Assembly: GCA_965261735.1 (NCBI GenBank)
Contig: OZ253470.1
Location: 1,280,001 to 1,344,000, forward strand
Source of the DNA: Alphaproteobacteria bacterium
Lineage (GTDB): Bacteria > Pseudomonadota > Alphaproteobacteria > SHVV01
DNA: 64,000 nt
Direction: 5' to 3'
This document shows, in pieces, positions 43,784 through 57,293 of this stretch. A model generated the notes under the pieces. The model did no database searches. It saw only the letters and a list, made by a program, of their open reading frames with translations, and was not told the origin of the DNA. The stretch's first letter is position 1, and each line of letters starts with the position of its first letter. The position numbers were made by a program, and so were the translations under genes.

Positions 43784-45132
43784 TGGCCGGCGACCGTCAT
43801 GCCGTCGATACGCACCGTCGGCGAATCGACGCCGTAGCGGAACGAGAGATCGTCGGCGGCCGTGAGGCCGAGGAACATGTCCTTGAGGTTGCCGGCGATG
43901 GTGAGCTCGCTCACCGGGTAGGCGATCTCCCCGTTCTCGATCCAGAACCCACCGGCGCCGCGGCTGTAGTCGCCGGTGACGGGATTGACGCCGAAGCCGA
44001 TGAGCTCGGTCACGTAGAAGCCGCTCTCGATATCGGCGATCAGGGCCGCCGGTGTCACCTCACCGGGCTCGAGGTAGAGGTTGGTGGGCTGGGGCGAAGG
44101 CGGCGAGATCGTGCCGCGCGCCGCGTGCCCGGTGGTGGCGAGCCCGAGCTGACGGGCTGAGCTGCTCTCGAGCAGCCAGGTCGTCAGCCGGCCTTGCTCG
44201 ATCACGTTGCGCCGGCGGTTGGCGACGCCTTCGCCGTCACAGGGGCGCGAGGCGAGCCCGCGCGGCCGGTGCGGATCGTCGACGATCGTCACGTGGGAGG
44301 AAAAGACGGCCTCGCCGAGACGGTCTCTCAGGAAGCTCGTGCCGCGCGCCACCGACGGGCCCGATATCGCGCCGGCCAGGTGACGCAGCAGGCCGCCCGC
44401 GACCCTGGGCTCGAACACCACCGGCACCCGAGCGCTCGCCATGCGGCGCGCACCGAGCCGCCGCACGGCGCGTTCGCCGGCCGAGCGGCCCACACTTTGC
44501 GGATCCTCGAGGTCGCTCGCGAAACGGGCGCCGGCATAATCGTAGTCGCTCTCCATCGCGGTACCCTCGCCGGCGATCACCGAGGCGCTGATCGAGTGGC
44601 GCGAGGTCGTGTAGCTGCCGGCGAAGCCGTTGCTCGCGACCAGCGTCGCGGTCGATGTCGCCCAGCCGGCGCCGGCGCCCTCGGAGTTGGTGACGCCGGC
44701 AACGGCCAGCGCGGCGTCCTCGGTCCGGGCCGCCAGCTCGAATAGGGTCTCGGCCGCGGGCTCCTCGGCGTCCCATAGGTCGAGGTCGACGAGTTCGGCC
44801 GCCAGCAGCTCGGGGTCGGCGAGGCCGCAGTACGGATCCTCGGGGGCGCTGCGCGCCATGGCGAGCGCGCGCTCGACGAGGTCAGCAAGCGCGGCCGCGC
44901 CCGTGTCGCTCGAGGAGACCATCGCCTGGCGCTTGCCGATAAGCGCGCGCAGGCCGACATCGCTCGATTCGGAGCGCTCGAGGTCCTCGCGCTTGCCGAG
45001 CCGCTGCGATACCGACAGCGACGCGCCCCCGACCATCACCGCGTCCGCAGCATCGGCGCCGGCGGCCTTCGTTTGCGCGACGAGATCGGACAACAGATCG
45101 AGGGCGTTGGCCCCGTTATCGGCGGGCGGCAT
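43780..45132 (-). CDS. pmbA: PmbA/TldE protein
   Basis: DDPHRPRGLASRPCDGEG, GVNPVTGDYSRGAGG, TIAGNL; no HExxH. Confidence 0.9.
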   Translation of the reverse strand: MPPADNGANALDLLSDLVAQTKAAGADAADAVMVGGASLSVSQRLGKREDLERSESSDVGLRALIGKRQAMVSSSDTGAAALADLVERALAMARSAPEDPYCGLADPELLAAELVDLDLWDAEEPAAETLFELAARTEDAALAVAGVTNSEGAGAGWATSTATLVASNGFAGSYTTSRHSISASVIAGEGTAMESDYDYAGARFASDLEDPQSVGRSAGERAVRRLGARRMASARVPVVFEPRVAGGLLRHLAGAISGPSVARGTSFLRDRLGEAVFSSHVTIVDDPHRPRGLASRPCDGEGVANRRRNVIEQGRLTTWLLESSSARQLGLATTGHAARGTISPPSPQPTNLYLEPGEVTPAALIADIESGFYVTELIGFGVNPVTGDYSRGAGGFWIENGEIAYPVSELTIAGNLKDMFLGLTAADDLSFRYGVDSPTVRIDGMTVAGQ

Positions 45133-45236
45133 GGTTCGTGCTCCTCGTGCGAAGGATCATGGTGGCGGCGGTCTCGCGCAGGCCCTCTATATAAGCGCGG
45201 CGGCGCAGCAGCGCTACCCGCGGGGCGTGCTGCCCC

Positions 45237-45692
45237 TCACAGGACGAGTTGCAGGAGCGGCAGTAGGCGCCCGGGCTCGGTGCCCGAGGGAACCTCGCCC
45301 ACGCGCTTTGCTCCCATGCGCAGGTAGAAGGCCTCGGCGTTGGGATCGGACTCGATGCGCAAGGTGGTTGCACCGTGGCGCTTGGCTTCGGCGGTGGCGT
45401 GGGCCATGAGCGCGGCGCCGACACCCGAGCCGATGTGGCGCGGCTCGACGAACATGTAAGCGAGCCCAAGCTCGGGCGCCTCGTATTCGAGGCCGTAGAA
45501 GCCGACGACGGCCCCGTCGCGCTCGGCGACGAACGTGCGGCCGAGCGCAAGGTCGATCGCGCGCACCGTAAGCTCGCGCTCGGCCCGCTCGAGAAAGCCC
45601 GGGTCATACCCCCAGTGCGCCTTCGAGCGCAGCGCGACGTCGCTAAGGCCGCGCGCCTCCTCCGGCCGGGCGCGCCGTATCGTTACGTCCAC
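45237..45692 (-). CDS. GNAT family N-acetyltransferase
   Basis: RSKAHWGY, FVEPRHIGSGVGAAL, SDPNAEAFY. Confidence 0.85.
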   Translation of the reverse strand: MDVTIRRARPEEARGLSDVALRSKAHWGYDPGFLERAERELTVRAIDLALGRTFVAERDGAVVGFYGLEYEAPELGLAYMFVEPRHIGSGVGAALMAHATAEAKRHGATTLRIESDPNAEAFYLRMGAKRVGEVPSGTEPGRLLPLLQLVL

Positions 45693-45707
45693 GGGGCGAT
45701 ACCACTA

Positions 45708-45723
45708 ATATGACGGCTCATAT
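45708..45723. promoter_or_regulatory. Palindromic operator candidate
   Basis: ATATGA-CGGC-TCATAT perfect inverted repeat between divergent GNAT and SnoaL-like genes. Confidence 0.4.
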
Positions 45724-45786
45724 CATCGGGCGAGACGACGACACTGGGTCAGGTCCAGTTTCATGTCCGACGTCCGTGCCTCGTAA

Positions 45787-46149
45787 TTGTATTGCGCGAC
45801 GCTATGCATTCCTATCCGAGTGGCGCCGAGGGCCGCGCGCCCTTTGCCGGAGCGCGAGACGATGACCTCACCGAAAGATATCGTCGCCGGCATCGCCGGC
45901 TTTTTCGCCGCCTTCCCCGACAGTTACACGGAGATCGTCAATGTGCTGGGCGATGGCGAATGGGCGGCGCTTGAATGGCGCGGCGGCGGCACCCACCTCG
46001 GCGACTTCGCCGGCGTCGCCGCTACCGGTAGAACCTTCGAGCTGCGCGGGTGCGGTTTCTTCCGCATTCCGGCGGCCGCCGTCGTTTGCCAGCGCGGCTA
46101 TTGGGACAAGGTAGCTTGGTTCGGCCAGCTCGGGCTGCCACTCGACTAG
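45787..46149 (+). pseudogene. SnoaL/ester-cyclase-like protein, N-terminus degenerate
   Basis: FFAAFPD...LEWRGGGTHLGDFAGVAATGRTFELRGCGFF...QRGYWD; no convincing start or N-terminal helix. Confidence 0.55.
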
Positions 46150-46179
46150 AGGGCTGCGCCCGCCGGTCGGGCCGTATCG

Positions 46180-47688
46180 TCACTTCCATATCGGCTTGCC
46201 GGCGCCGGGCAGGCCGAGGCGCGGCCATTTCTCGGTCACCGTCTCGATGACCGCGTCCGACATGCGGATCTTGCGGCCCCATTCGCGGCTCGTCTCGGGC
46301 GCCATCTTATTGGTGGCGTCGAGGCCGATCTTGCCGCCGAGGCCGGACTCGGGGCTCGCGAAGTCGAGGTAGTCGATTGGCGTGCGCTCGATCACGGTGA
46401 TGTCGCGCGCCGGGTCCATGCGCGTTGCGATCGCCCACATCACGTCCTTCCAGTCGCGGGCATCGATATCGTCATCGACCACGATCACCCACTTCGCGTA
46501 CATGAACTGCGCGAGCGCCGACCACACGCCCATCATCACCCGCTTGGCCTGGCCCGGATAGGCCTTGCGGATGGCCACGACCGCGATGCGGTAGGAGCAG
46601 CCCTCGGGCGGCAGGTAGAAGTCGACGATCTCTGGGAATTGGCGCGTAAGCAGCGGTACGAAGACCTCGTTCAACCCCTCGGCGAGGATCGAGGGCTCGT
46701 CGGGCGGGCGGCCGGTGAAGGTCGAGAGGTAGATGGGATCGCGGCGCATGGTGATGGCGCTCAACGTGAAGACCGGGAAGCGCTCGACCGCGTTGTAGTA
46801 GCCCGTGTGGTCGCCGAAGGGACCCTCGTCGCCGTAATCGTCGAGCGAGACGTGCCCTTCGAGCACGATCTCGGCTTCGGCCGGCACCTTGAGCGGCACC
46901 GTCTTGCAATCGACGAGGGTGACCTTCTTGCCGCGCACGAGGCCGGCGAAGTGGTACTCGGACAGGGTCTCGGGCACCGGCGTCACCGCGGCGATGATGG
47001 TCCCGGGATCGGCACCGATGACGGCCGCCGCCGGCAGCGGATCACGCCGCTCGGCGCCCCACCGGCGGTGGTGCGCCGCACCGCCGCGGTGCTTCAGCCA
47101 GCGCATCAACGTGGTGTCGCGCCCGGTGACCTGCATGCGGTAAACGCCGAGGTTGTAATCGGTCGTCTTGGTGCTGTCGGGCGCGCGCGTCACCACCAGC
47201 GGCCAAGTGATGAGCGGCGCCGGCTCATCGGGCCAGCAGGTTTGCACCGGCAGGCGCGTAAGGTCTATGTCGGCGCCTTGTAGCACCGTCTCCTGGCACG
47301 GTGCGGCCGAGACGGTGCGCGGCGCCATCGTCAGCACGGTGCGTGCGAGCGGCACCATCCCCAGCGCTTCGCGCATGCCGGCCGGGGGCTCGGGGTGGCG
47401 CAGGGCGGCGAGCATCTCGCCGAGCGCGCGCAGGTCCTTGGGCTCGCGGTCCATACCGGCGGCAACGCGCTCGATGCTGCCGAACAAATTGACGAGCACC
47501 GGCATCGGGCTCGGCGCGCCGTCGGCCATCAGGGGCTGCTCGAACAGCACGGCGGGCCCGCGCTCGGCCAGCAGCCGGGTCTGGATCTCGGTGATCTCGT
47601 GCACCGTCGATACCGGCTCGGCGACGCGTACCAAATCGCCCGCGCGCTCCAGTCGGGCCATGAAGTCGCGCAAGGAGGCGTAGGGCAT
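46180..47688 (-). CDS. ubiD: UbiD family decarboxylase
   Basis: MPYASLRDF, NLGVYRMQ, EGPFGDHTGYY, GRPPDEP, PIDYLDFASP. Confidence 0.95.
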   Translation of the reverse strand: MPYASLRDFMARLERAGDLVRVAEPVSTVHEITEIQTRLLAERGPAVLFEQPLMADGAPSPMPVLVNLFGSIERVAAGMDREPKDLRALGEMLAALRHPEPPAGMREALGMVPLARTVLTMAPRTVSAAPCQETVLQGADIDLTRLPVQTCWPDEPAPLITWPLVVTRAPDSTKTTDYNLGVYRMQVTGRDTTLMRWLKHRGGAAHHRRWGAERRDPLPAAAVIGADPGTIIAAVTPVPETLSEYHFAGLVRGKKVTLVDCKTVPLKVPAEAEIVLEGHVSLDDYGDEGPFGDHTGYYNAVERFPVFTLSAITMRRDPIYLSTFTGRPPDEPSILAEGLNEVFVPLLTRQFPEIVDFYLPPEGCSYRIAVVAIRKAYPGQAKRVMMGVWSALAQFMYAKWVIVVDDDIDARDWKDVMWAIATRMDPARDITVIERTPIDYLDFASPESGLGGKIGLDATNKMAPETSREWGRKIRMSDAVIETVTEKWPRLGLPGAGKPIWK

Positions 47689-47803
47689 GGAGGGCTTCGG
47701 ACGGGGCCGCGCGGTGCGGGAAGGGATGAGTATATACGCTCGCCGGCGAGGCGCGGAAGGGCGGCTGGCGGTGGCCGCCGGTGCCGGATATGTTGGCTCC
47801 GCC

Positions 47804-48673
47804 ATGGCCTCCGACCGCCGCGCCGAGCTCACGCTCGCCAAGTCCTATCCGCACGACCCGCCCGCGCACTCGTTCCTGTACGCGGGCGGCGCCGCGTGGG
47901 AGATCGTCGAGCCCGGCGCCGATGGCCTCGACGGCGCCACGGTGCGCGCGGACGGGCAGGTGATGCCGGCGACGCAGGCGCTGGCGGCGCACGGTATCGC
48001 GGCCGCCCCGATGGCCGAGCGCACGGCGGTCATCGCGCACGGCTCCAATGCCTCGCCGGCACGGCTCGAGCGCAAGTTCGCAGACCTCGCGGGCGATACC
48101 GTGTTCCCCGTGATCCGCGCCGATCTCGACGACCACGACGTGGTCTACTCGTCACACTTCTCGCGCACCGGATCGATCCCGGCAACGCTCGCCGCCTCGC
48201 CCGCGACCCGCGTTACCGTGGCCATCACCTATCTCACCGCGGGGCAGCTCGCGCGCATGCACGAGACGGAGTTGGGCCGGCCGGGCCAGGCCGGCAACTA
48301 CCACTATGCACGCCTGTACGGCATTCGGCTCGAACCCCGCGGGCTCGCCGCGCTCGACGCCGCGCACGTTTATTTGTCGCGCCACGGCATGCTCGGCGTC
48401 GATTCGGCACCCGTGGCGCTCGCGGCGTTGGCAGCTTTGGGGCGGCGCTACCCGGCGGCCACGCCCGCCGAGCTGCTGCCTGGGGTATGCGACCGGCTCG
48501 CCCGCGGCCGCGCCATCGACGATCTGCTGCGCGAGATCATCGACGATGCCGGCTACCGAAAGGCGTGCAACGAGCGCCTGCGGGCAGCCGCCCTGGCCCC
48601 GAGCGTGGAGCGCGTCGAGTGGGTCGAGCCGGCGCCGGCGCCGGACAAGGTGGCCAGCGCGCCTAGGCGGTGA
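47804..48673 (+). CDS. Hypothetical protein, gamma-glutamylcyclotransferase-like fold
   Basis: VIAHGSNASPARLERKF and QLARMHETE resemble the GGCT YGSN and LD..E motifs. Confidence 0.6.
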   Translation: MASDRRAELTLAKSYPHDPPAHSFLYAGGAAWEIVEPGADGLDGATVRADGQVMPATQALAAHGIAAAPMAERTAVIAHGSNASPARLERKFADLAGDTVFPVIRADLDDHDVVYSSHFSRTGSIPATLAASPATRVTVAITYLTAGQLARMHETELGRPGQAGNYHYARLYGIRLEPRGLAALDAAHVYLSRHGMLGVDSAPVALAALAALGRRYPAATPAELLPGVCDRLARGRAIDDLLREIIDDAGYRKACNERLRAAALAPSVERVEWVEPAPAPDKVASAPRR

Positions 48674-49637
48674 CGCTGCCGGCGACGAGGCTCGCGAAGA
48701 CGATCCAGCCGAAGTTCCGGTTGCTGCGGAAGACGGCCAGGCAGTTGGCCGCATCGTCGATGCGCACGCGCCGGACCTGCCAGGCGAGGTGGGCTGCGGC
48801 GAGCACGAGCCCGGCATAGAAGGGCCAGCCGATGCCCGCGAGCCAGCCGGCGAGCGCCATACCCGCTACGGTCACGCTATAGAAGGCACCGAGCCAGGGG
48901 CGCGTGCGTTCGCCGAGCAGGATCGCCGAGGATTTGACGCCGACGAGGGCGTCGTCCTCCTTGTCCTGATGGGCGTAGATGGTGTCGTAGCCGAGCGTCC
49001 AGCCGATGCCGGCGACGTAGAGGGCGAACGGGGCGGCCGCGAACCCCCCCGTGACCGCGGCCCAGCCGAGTAGTGCACCCCAGTTGAAGGCGATGCCGAG
49101 GAAAGCCTGGGGCCAATGCGTGAAGCGTTTGGCGAAGGGGTAGACGAAGGCCGGGAGCAGCGCGGCAATGCCGAGCCACACGGCGAAGCGGTTGAGCCCG
49201 AGGAGTATCACAAGGCCCGCGAGCCCGAGCGCGACCATGAAGGCCAAGGCGCGAGCCAGGCTCACCTGGCCGGCGGCGATCGGGCGCGACCGGGTTCGGG
49301 CGACGCGCGCATCGAGGTCGCGATCGCGGATGTCGTTCCAGGTGCAGCCGGCGGCGCGCATCACCAGCGCGCCGATTCCGAACAGGGCGAACAGCACCGG
49401 GTCGGGCCAGCCGCCGCCGAGCCAGCCCGTGGGCGCCCAGCCGGGCCGCGCGGCATCGACCGCGTGAGGCGCGGCGAGCGCGAGGCTCCACCAGCACGGC
49501 CACAACAGCAGCCAGGTGCCGATCGGCCGGTCGATGCGTGCGAGCTTGAGGTAGGGGCGCCCGCCCGCCGGCGCGTGGCGATCGATCCAATGGTTGGCCG
49601 GCATGTCGCCGGTGACGGGGGGAACGGCGTCGGACAT
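48663..49637 (-). CDS. ubiA: 4-hydroxybenzoate polyprenyltransferase
   Basis: RIDRPIGTWLL, NDIRDRDLD..VARTRSRP, YDTIYAHQDKEDD. Confidence 0.96.
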   Translation of the reverse strand: MSDAVPPVTGDMPANHWIDRHAPAGGRPYLKLARIDRPIGTWLLLWPCWWSLALAAPHAVDAARPGWAPTGWLGGGWPDPVLFALFGIGALVMRAAGCTWNDIRDRDLDARVARTRSRPIAAGQVSLARALAFMVALGLAGLVILLGLNRFAVWLGIAALLPAFVYPFAKRFTHWPQAFLGIAFNWGALLGWAAVTGGFAAAPFALYVAGIGWTLGYDTIYAHQDKEDDALVGVKSSAILLGERTRPWLGAFYSVTVAGMALAGWLAGIGWPFYAGLVLAAAHLAWQVRRVRIDDAANCLAVFRSNRNFGWIVFASLVAGSVTA

Positions 49638-49692
49638 ACTGGTGGACTTAACCGCAGCCCCCTAGGTACTTCAAGCACCGCGATCCGTTTCC

Positions 49693-50463
49693 ATGCCCGT
49701 GCTCCCGCCCAAGCTACGTCTGTTCGTCGAGGGCGATCTGTTCGACGGCGCCGACATCGACCTCGACCGCGCCCGCGCCCACTACCTGCGCAACGTGATG
49801 CGGCGCCGCGCGGGCGAGGCGCTGGCCCTGTTCAACGGCCGCGACGGTGAGTGGCGCGCGATGATCGCCGCCACGCGCGGTGAGGGTTGCCGGCTGCGCG
49901 TCGAGGCGCGGCTGCGCGAACAGGTGCCGGGGAGCGACCTGTGGCTCGTGTTCGCGCCCGTCAAGGGCGCGCGCCTCGCCTATCTCGCCGAAAAGGCAAC
50001 CGAGCTCGGCGTTGCCGCACTTGTGCCGGTGCTTACCCAGCACGCCTCGGTGCGCCGCCTCAATCCGGCGCGCCTTCGGGCCCAGGCGGTCGAGGCCGCC
50101 GAGCAGTGCGGCCGCCTCGATGCGCCCGAGGTCGCGGCGATGGCGCCGCTCGCCGACCGGCTCGCGAACTGGCCGCCCGACCGGCGCCTGCTGTTCTGCG
50201 ATGAGTCGGGTGGTGGTGCGCCGGCGGCGCAGGTTTTCGCGCGCCTGACCGGGGACGCGTCGCGCCGGCCCTGGGCGCTACTCGTGGGTCCCGAGGGCGG
50301 GTTCGCGAGAGCCGAAGCGGAGGCGGTCCGCGCGCATGCGTTCGTCGAGCCGATAGGACTGGGGCCGCGCCTCCTGCGCGCCGAGACCGCCGCGATCGCC
50401 GCCCTTGCGCTGTGGCAAGCCCACCTCGGCGATTGGCGCGAGGCGCCGGGCACGCCCGCCTGA
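49693..50463 (+). CDS. rsmE: 16S rRNA m3U1498 methyltransferase
   Basis: [34 protein letters not shown]. Confidence 0.95.
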   Translation: MPVLPPKLRLFVEGDLFDGADIDLDRARAHYLRNVMRRRAGEALALFNGRDGEWRAMIAATRGEGCRLRVEARLREQVPGSDLWLVFAPVKGARLAYLAEKATELGVAALVPVLTQHASVRRLNPARLRAQAVEAAEQCGRLDAPEVAAMAPLADRLANWPPDRRLLFCDESGGGAPAAQVFARLTGDASRRPWALLVGPEGGFARAEAEAVRAHAFVEPIGLGPRLLRAETAAIAALALWQAHLGDWREAPGTPA

Positions 50464-50582
50464 CGCGCGCCACGCGGGGCTTGCGGAGGACCCCTTATCG
50501 TGAGATTTGTTCGTGCGTAGACTTGGGGTGCGCCGGGTTTGTCGCGGCGCCGCTGATCCACTCCCGGCGAATCGAGGCCGCC

Positions 50583-51947
50583 ATGTTAGGACCCGTCCCG
50601 GCCCCGGCGACGACGCCGGTCACGACCAAGGCCGAGCTCGTCGAATATCTCGAATCGGGATGCCGACCGGCGTCGGAGTGGCGCATCGGCACCGAGCACG
50701 AGAAGTTCGGCTATCGCCTGGCCGACCTCAGGCCCCTTACGTACGAGGGTGCGCAGGGCATACGCGCGGTGCTCGAGGCGCTGGCAGGCCCGGGCTGGGA
50801 GCCGCGCAGCGAGGGCGGCCATGTCATCGCGCTCGCCCTCGACGATCAGGCCGTGACCCTCGAGCCCGGCGGTCAGCTCGAGCTATCGGGCGCGCCGCTC
50901 GCCACCCTGCACCAGACCTGCGACGAGGTGCACACGCACCTCGACCAGCTCAAGACCGTCGGTGACGCGCTCGGCGTCGCGTTCGTGGGTGTCGGCTTCA
51001 ACCCGAAATGGACGCTCGCCGACATGCCGGTTATGCCCAAGGCGCGCTACGGAATCATGCGCCGCTACATGCCGAGCCGCGGCCGGCTCGGGCTCGACAT
51101 GATGTTTCGCACCTGCACCGTTCAGGCCAATCTCGACTTCGCGAGCGAGGCCGACATGGTCAAGAAGTTCCGCGTCGGCCTGGCGCTGCAGCCGATCGCG
51201 ACGGCGCTGTTCGCCAACTCGCCGTTCACGGAGGGACGGCCCAACGGCTACCTGAGCTATCGCAGCCACATCTGGACCGATACCGACCCCGACCGCTGCG
51301 GCGACCTGCCGTTCGTCTTCGAGGACGGCATGGGGTTCGAGCGCTACGCCGACTACGTGCTCGACGCGCCCATGTACTTCGTCTACCGCGACGGCTACGT
51401 CGATGCGGCCGGCCAATCGTTCCGCGACTTCCTCGATGGCCGCCTCCCGGCGCTCCTCGGCGCGCTGCCCGGCATGCGCGACTGGGAGGATCACCTGACG
51501 ACCGTGTTCCCCGAGGTCCGCCTCAAACGCTACCTCGAGATGCGCGGGGCCGACGGTGGACCGTGGCGCCGCCTGTGCGCCCTGCCCGCGCTGTGGACCG
51601 GCCTGCTCTATGACGGCTCGGGCCTCGATGCCGCGTGGGACCTGGTCAAGGACTGGAGTCCCGAGGAGCGCGCGGAGCTCCGCGCCGAGGTGCCGCGTAC
51701 CGGCTTGGCCACGCGCCTACGCGACCGTACCGTCAAGGAGATCGCCGGCGAGGCGGTCGCGATCGCCGAGGAGGCGCTGCGGCGGCGTGCGGGGGTCGAT
51801 CGCTTCGGCGACGACGAGGCGCACTTCCTCGATCCGATCCGGGCGACGCTCGATTCGGGCAAGACGCCGGCCGAAGAGCTTCTCGACGCGTACCACGGGC
51901 GCTGGGCCGGTAGCGTCGATCCCCTGTTCGCCGAGCACCAGTACTGA
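50583..51947 (+). CDS. gshA: Glutamate--cysteine ligase (plant/alphaproteobacterial type)
   Basis: [44 protein letters not shown]. Confidence 0.93.
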   Translation: MLGPVPAPATTPVTTKAELVEYLESGCRPASEWRIGTEHEKFGYRLADLRPLTYEGAQGIRAVLEALAGPGWEPRSEGGHVIALALDDQAVTLEPGGQLELSGAPLATLHQTCDEVHTHLDQLKTVGDALGVAFVGVGFNPKWTLADMPVMPKARYGIMRRYMPSRGRLGLDMMFRTCTVQANLDFASEADMVKKFRVGLALQPIATALFANSPFTEGRPNGYLSYRSHIWTDTDPDRCGDLPFVFEDGMGFERYADYVLDAPMYFVYRDGYVDAAGQSFRDFLDGRLPALLGALPGMRDWEDHLTTVFPEVRLKRYLEMRGADGGPWRRLCALPALWTGLLYDGSGLDAAWDLVKDWSPEERAELRAEVPRTGLATRLRDRTVKEIAGEAVAIAEEALRRRAGVDRFGDDEAHFLDPIRATLDSGKTPAEELLDAYHGRWAGSVDPLFAEHQY

Positions 51948-52065
51948 TGCACGGACGCCCCGACCGGCCGCCTGGAGGTGCCGAAGGGGGCATCGCGGGC
52001 TCACCGGAGCGCGTCGCCGCGCGACCGCACCATAATGGCGACCGCGCCATGATGGCGGCCGCGCC

Positions 52066-53043
52066 ATGATGTATCTCCAGGTCGCGGGCGGGCTCGTCCT
52101 CCTGCTCGGGGGTGGCGACCTTCTCGTCCGCGGCGGTGTCGCCGTGGCCCGCCGCCTGCGTGTTTCGCCGCTCGTCATCGGCATCACCTTCGTTGGGTTC
52201 GGCACGTCTACGCCGGAACTCATGGCCAGCCTCAATGCGGCGCTGTCCGGGGTACCGGCGATCGCCGTCGGCAATATCGTCGGCAGCAACATCGCCAACA
52301 TTCTGCTGGTGCTCGGCGTCGCCGCCCTGCTGTGGCCCATGGCCTGCACGCGAGAAGCCTTCCTGCGCGACGGCTCGATGTTGGTCGTGGCCAGCATCCT
52401 CATGGTGATGATCTGCCACACCGGCACGATCACCCGCGTCGCCGGTTTCTTCTTCGTCGCCCTGCTCGGCGGCTATCTCGTCTTTACCTACCGCGCCGAG
52501 CGCGAGGCCCCGGACGCGGGCGCGCGCATGCACGAAGCCGAGGCGGAATCGGTGGCGCCGCTACCGGGAAAGCTCTGGGTCGGCTTCGCGGTCGGCTTGG
52601 GCGGGCTCGCCGCAGTCCTGATTGGCGCCCACCTGCTCATCGGCGGCGCGGTCGACGTCGCGCGCGCGAGCGGCGTCTCGGAGAGCGTGATCGGCCTCAC
52701 GCTCGTCGCCATCGGCACCTCGCTGCCCGAGCTCGCGACCGCGGTCGCGGCCGGGATACGGCGTCAGACCGACGTTGCGTTCGGCAACATCCTCGGCAGC
52801 AACATCTTCAACATCTTCGGCATCGCCGGGGTCACTGCGCTGGTGCACCCGTTGCCGATCGAACAGGTGATCATGAACCTCGACATCTGGGTGATGCTCG
52901 GCGCGGCGCTGGTGCTGGTCCTGATCGCAGTCACCGGTTGGCGCATCAGTCGCTGGGAGGGCGGTGCGCTGCTCGCCGGCTACGGCGTCTACATTTGGGC
53001 CCAGTTCTCGCCCGCCGCCCGCGCCGTCTTCGCCATGGGTTGA
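52066..53043 (+). CDS. Ca2+/Na+ antiporter (YrbG family)
   Basis: Two alpha repeats GTSTPE..GNIVGSNIAN and GTSLPE..GNILGSNIFN. Confidence 0.92.
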   Translation: MMYLQVAGGLVLLLGGGDLLVRGGVAVARRLRVSPLVIGITFVGFGTSTPELMASLNAALSGVPAIAVGNIVGSNIANILLVLGVAALLWPMACTREAFLRDGSMLVVASILMVMICHTGTITRVAGFFFVALLGGYLVFTYRAEREAPDAGARMHEAEAESVAPLPGKLWVGFAVGLGGLAAVLIGAHLLIGGAVDVARASGVSESVIGLTLVAIGTSLPELATAVAAGIRRQTDVAFGNILGSNIFNIFGIAGVTALVHPLPIEQVIMNLDIWVMLGAALVLVLIAVTGWRISRWEGGALLAGYGVYIWAQFSPAARAVFAMG

Positions 53044-53047
53044 GGGG

Positions 53048-54502
53048 CTAGCCCGCGTCGGTGCCGCCGACGGTGAGGCCGTCGACGCGTAGCGTGGGGA
53101 GGCCGACGCCGACCGGCACGCCCTGGCCGTTCTTGCCGCAGGTGCCGACGCCAGGATCGAGCGCCATGTCGTTGCCGATCGCGCTGACCCGCGTGAGCAC
53201 GTCGGGGCCGTTGCCGATGAGGCTCGCGCCCTTGAGCGGCGCGCCCAGCCGGCCGCCCTCGATGGCATAGGCCTCGGTGCAGCTGAACACGAACTTGCCC
53301 GAGGTGATGTCGACCTGGCCGCCGCCGAAATTGACCGCATAAAGTCCCTTGTCCACGTTGGCGATAATGTCCTCGGGTGTTTCCTCGCCGCTCAGCATGA
53401 AGGTGTTGGTCATGCGCGGCATCGGTCCGTGGGCGTAGCTCTGGCGGCGCCCGTTACCGGTCGCGGCCATGCCCATGAGGCGCGCATTCAGGCGGTCCTG
53501 GAGGTAGCCGGTCAGGATACCGTCCTCGATGAGCGCGGTGCGCGAGGTCGGCGTGCCCTCGTCGTCGATACTGAGCGAGCCGCGGCGGTCGGGCATGGTG
53601 CCGTCGTCGACGACGCTCACGCCCGCGGCGGCGACGCGCTTGCCCATGAGGCCCGCGAACGCCGAAGTCTTCTTGCGGTTGAAGTCGCCCTCGAGGCCAT
53701 GGCCGATGGCCTCGTGGAGCAGAATGCCGGGCCAGCCGGGACCGAGTACGACCGTCATTTCGCCCGCTGGCGCGGGCCGTGATTCGAGGTTGACCAGGGC
53801 CTGGCGCAGCGCCTCGTCGACCTGGGCCTGCCAGCTCTCCGGCGCCAGGTAGACGTCGTAGGCGGTGCGCCCGCCGACGCCGTGGCTGCCGCTCTCCTGG
53901 CGCTCGCCCGAGGCGGCGACGACGGCCACGTTGAGCCGCACCAGCGGGCGCACGTCGCCGATGCGGTGTCCGCCGGAGCGCAAGATCTCGACCACCTGCC
54001 AGGAGCCGGTGAGCGAGGCCGAGACTTGGCGCACGCGCGAATCCTTAGCCCGAGCATAGGCGTCGATGTCGGCCAGCAGCTTGACCTTGTCGGCAAAGTC
54101 AACGCTGGCGAGCGGGCTTTCATCGACGTAGAGGTGGCGGTTGGTGGCGGACGGCCCTTCGGCCCGGGTGCCGCTGTGGCCGGCGTGCACCGCGCCGACG
54201 GCGTCGGCGGCCCTGCGGATCGCCGCCTCGCTAAGCTCCGAGGCGTGGGCGTAGCCGGTCGCCTCGCCGGCGACCGAGCGCAGGCCGAAGCCCTGGGCGG
54301 TATCGAAGCTCGCCGCTTTGAGGCGCCCGTCATCGAAGGCGAAGCTCTCGCTCTGGCGGTATTCGAGGAACAGCTCGCCGTCATCGGCGTCCTTGAGCGC
54401 CTCCGACAGGATCGCATCGAGCCGGCCCGCGTCCAAGCCCGCACGGCTGAAGAACAACTCGTCGGCCCCCGGTTGGTGCGACGCTGGTGGCTTGCTGCTC
54501 AT
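53048..54502 (-). CDS. tldD: Metalloprotease TldD
   Basis: LLHEAIGHGLEGDFNRK, MPRMTNT, CGKNGQGVPVGVG. Confidence 0.96.
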   Translation of the reverse strand: MSSKPPASHQPGADELFFSRAGLDAGRLDAILSEALKDADDGELFLEYRQSESFAFDDGRLKAASFDTAQGFGLRSVAGEATGYAHASELSEAAIRRAADAVGAVHAGHSGTRAEGPSATNRHLYVDESPLASVDFADKVKLLADIDAYARAKDSRVRQVSASLTGSWQVVEILRSGGHRIGDVRPLVRLNVAVVAASGERQESGSHGVGGRTAYDVYLAPESWQAQVDEALRQALVNLESRPAPAGEMTVVLGPGWPGILLHEAIGHGLEGDFNRKKTSAFAGLMGKRVAAAGVSVVDDGTMPDRRGSLSIDDEGTPTSRTALIEDGILTGYLQDRLNARLMGMAATGNGRRQSYAHGPMPRMTNTFMLSGEETPEDIIANVDKGLYAVNFGGGQVDITSGKFVFSCTEAYAIEGGRLGAPLKGASLIGNGPDVLTRVSAIGNDMALDPGVGTCGKNGQGVPVGVGLPTLRVDGLTVGGTDAG

Positions 54503-54572
54503 GGCTTTCTCCCGAGCTGATCGGCGAGGGGCGAAGCACACGGACGCGCGGAGCGGCCGTTACCCCACCCCA

Positions 54573-54601
54573 ATATGGGGTCAAAGTCGGCCCGTGTCAC
54601 G
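54573..54601 (-). promoter_or_regulatory. Possible RpoH-like promoter of tldD
   Basis: Minus strand CGTG-N17-CCCCATAT; -35 imperfect. Confidence 0.3.
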
Positions 54602-54816
54602 CGCCCGCGAAGGTTGCGCCGGAGCCCGGCGCCGGCGCCGGCAATGGGCTTGTTCTCGCTTGGCGCTGTAGTGTAGTGTCACGCTGACTCCTCCGAAGGA
54701 AGGCCACGCGCGGGTTACCGGGCGAGGCCGCCGGGCCTGCGTCCGACGAGGCGCGAAAGCGCGCGACGGCGCCGGACCGGGGGGCGCGTCGGGGGCGACG
54801 GGGAGCGAACAACACT

Positions 54817-57272
<2,456 letters not shown>

Positions 57273-57293
57273 CGGCGCGCCCGAGGAGAGCCC

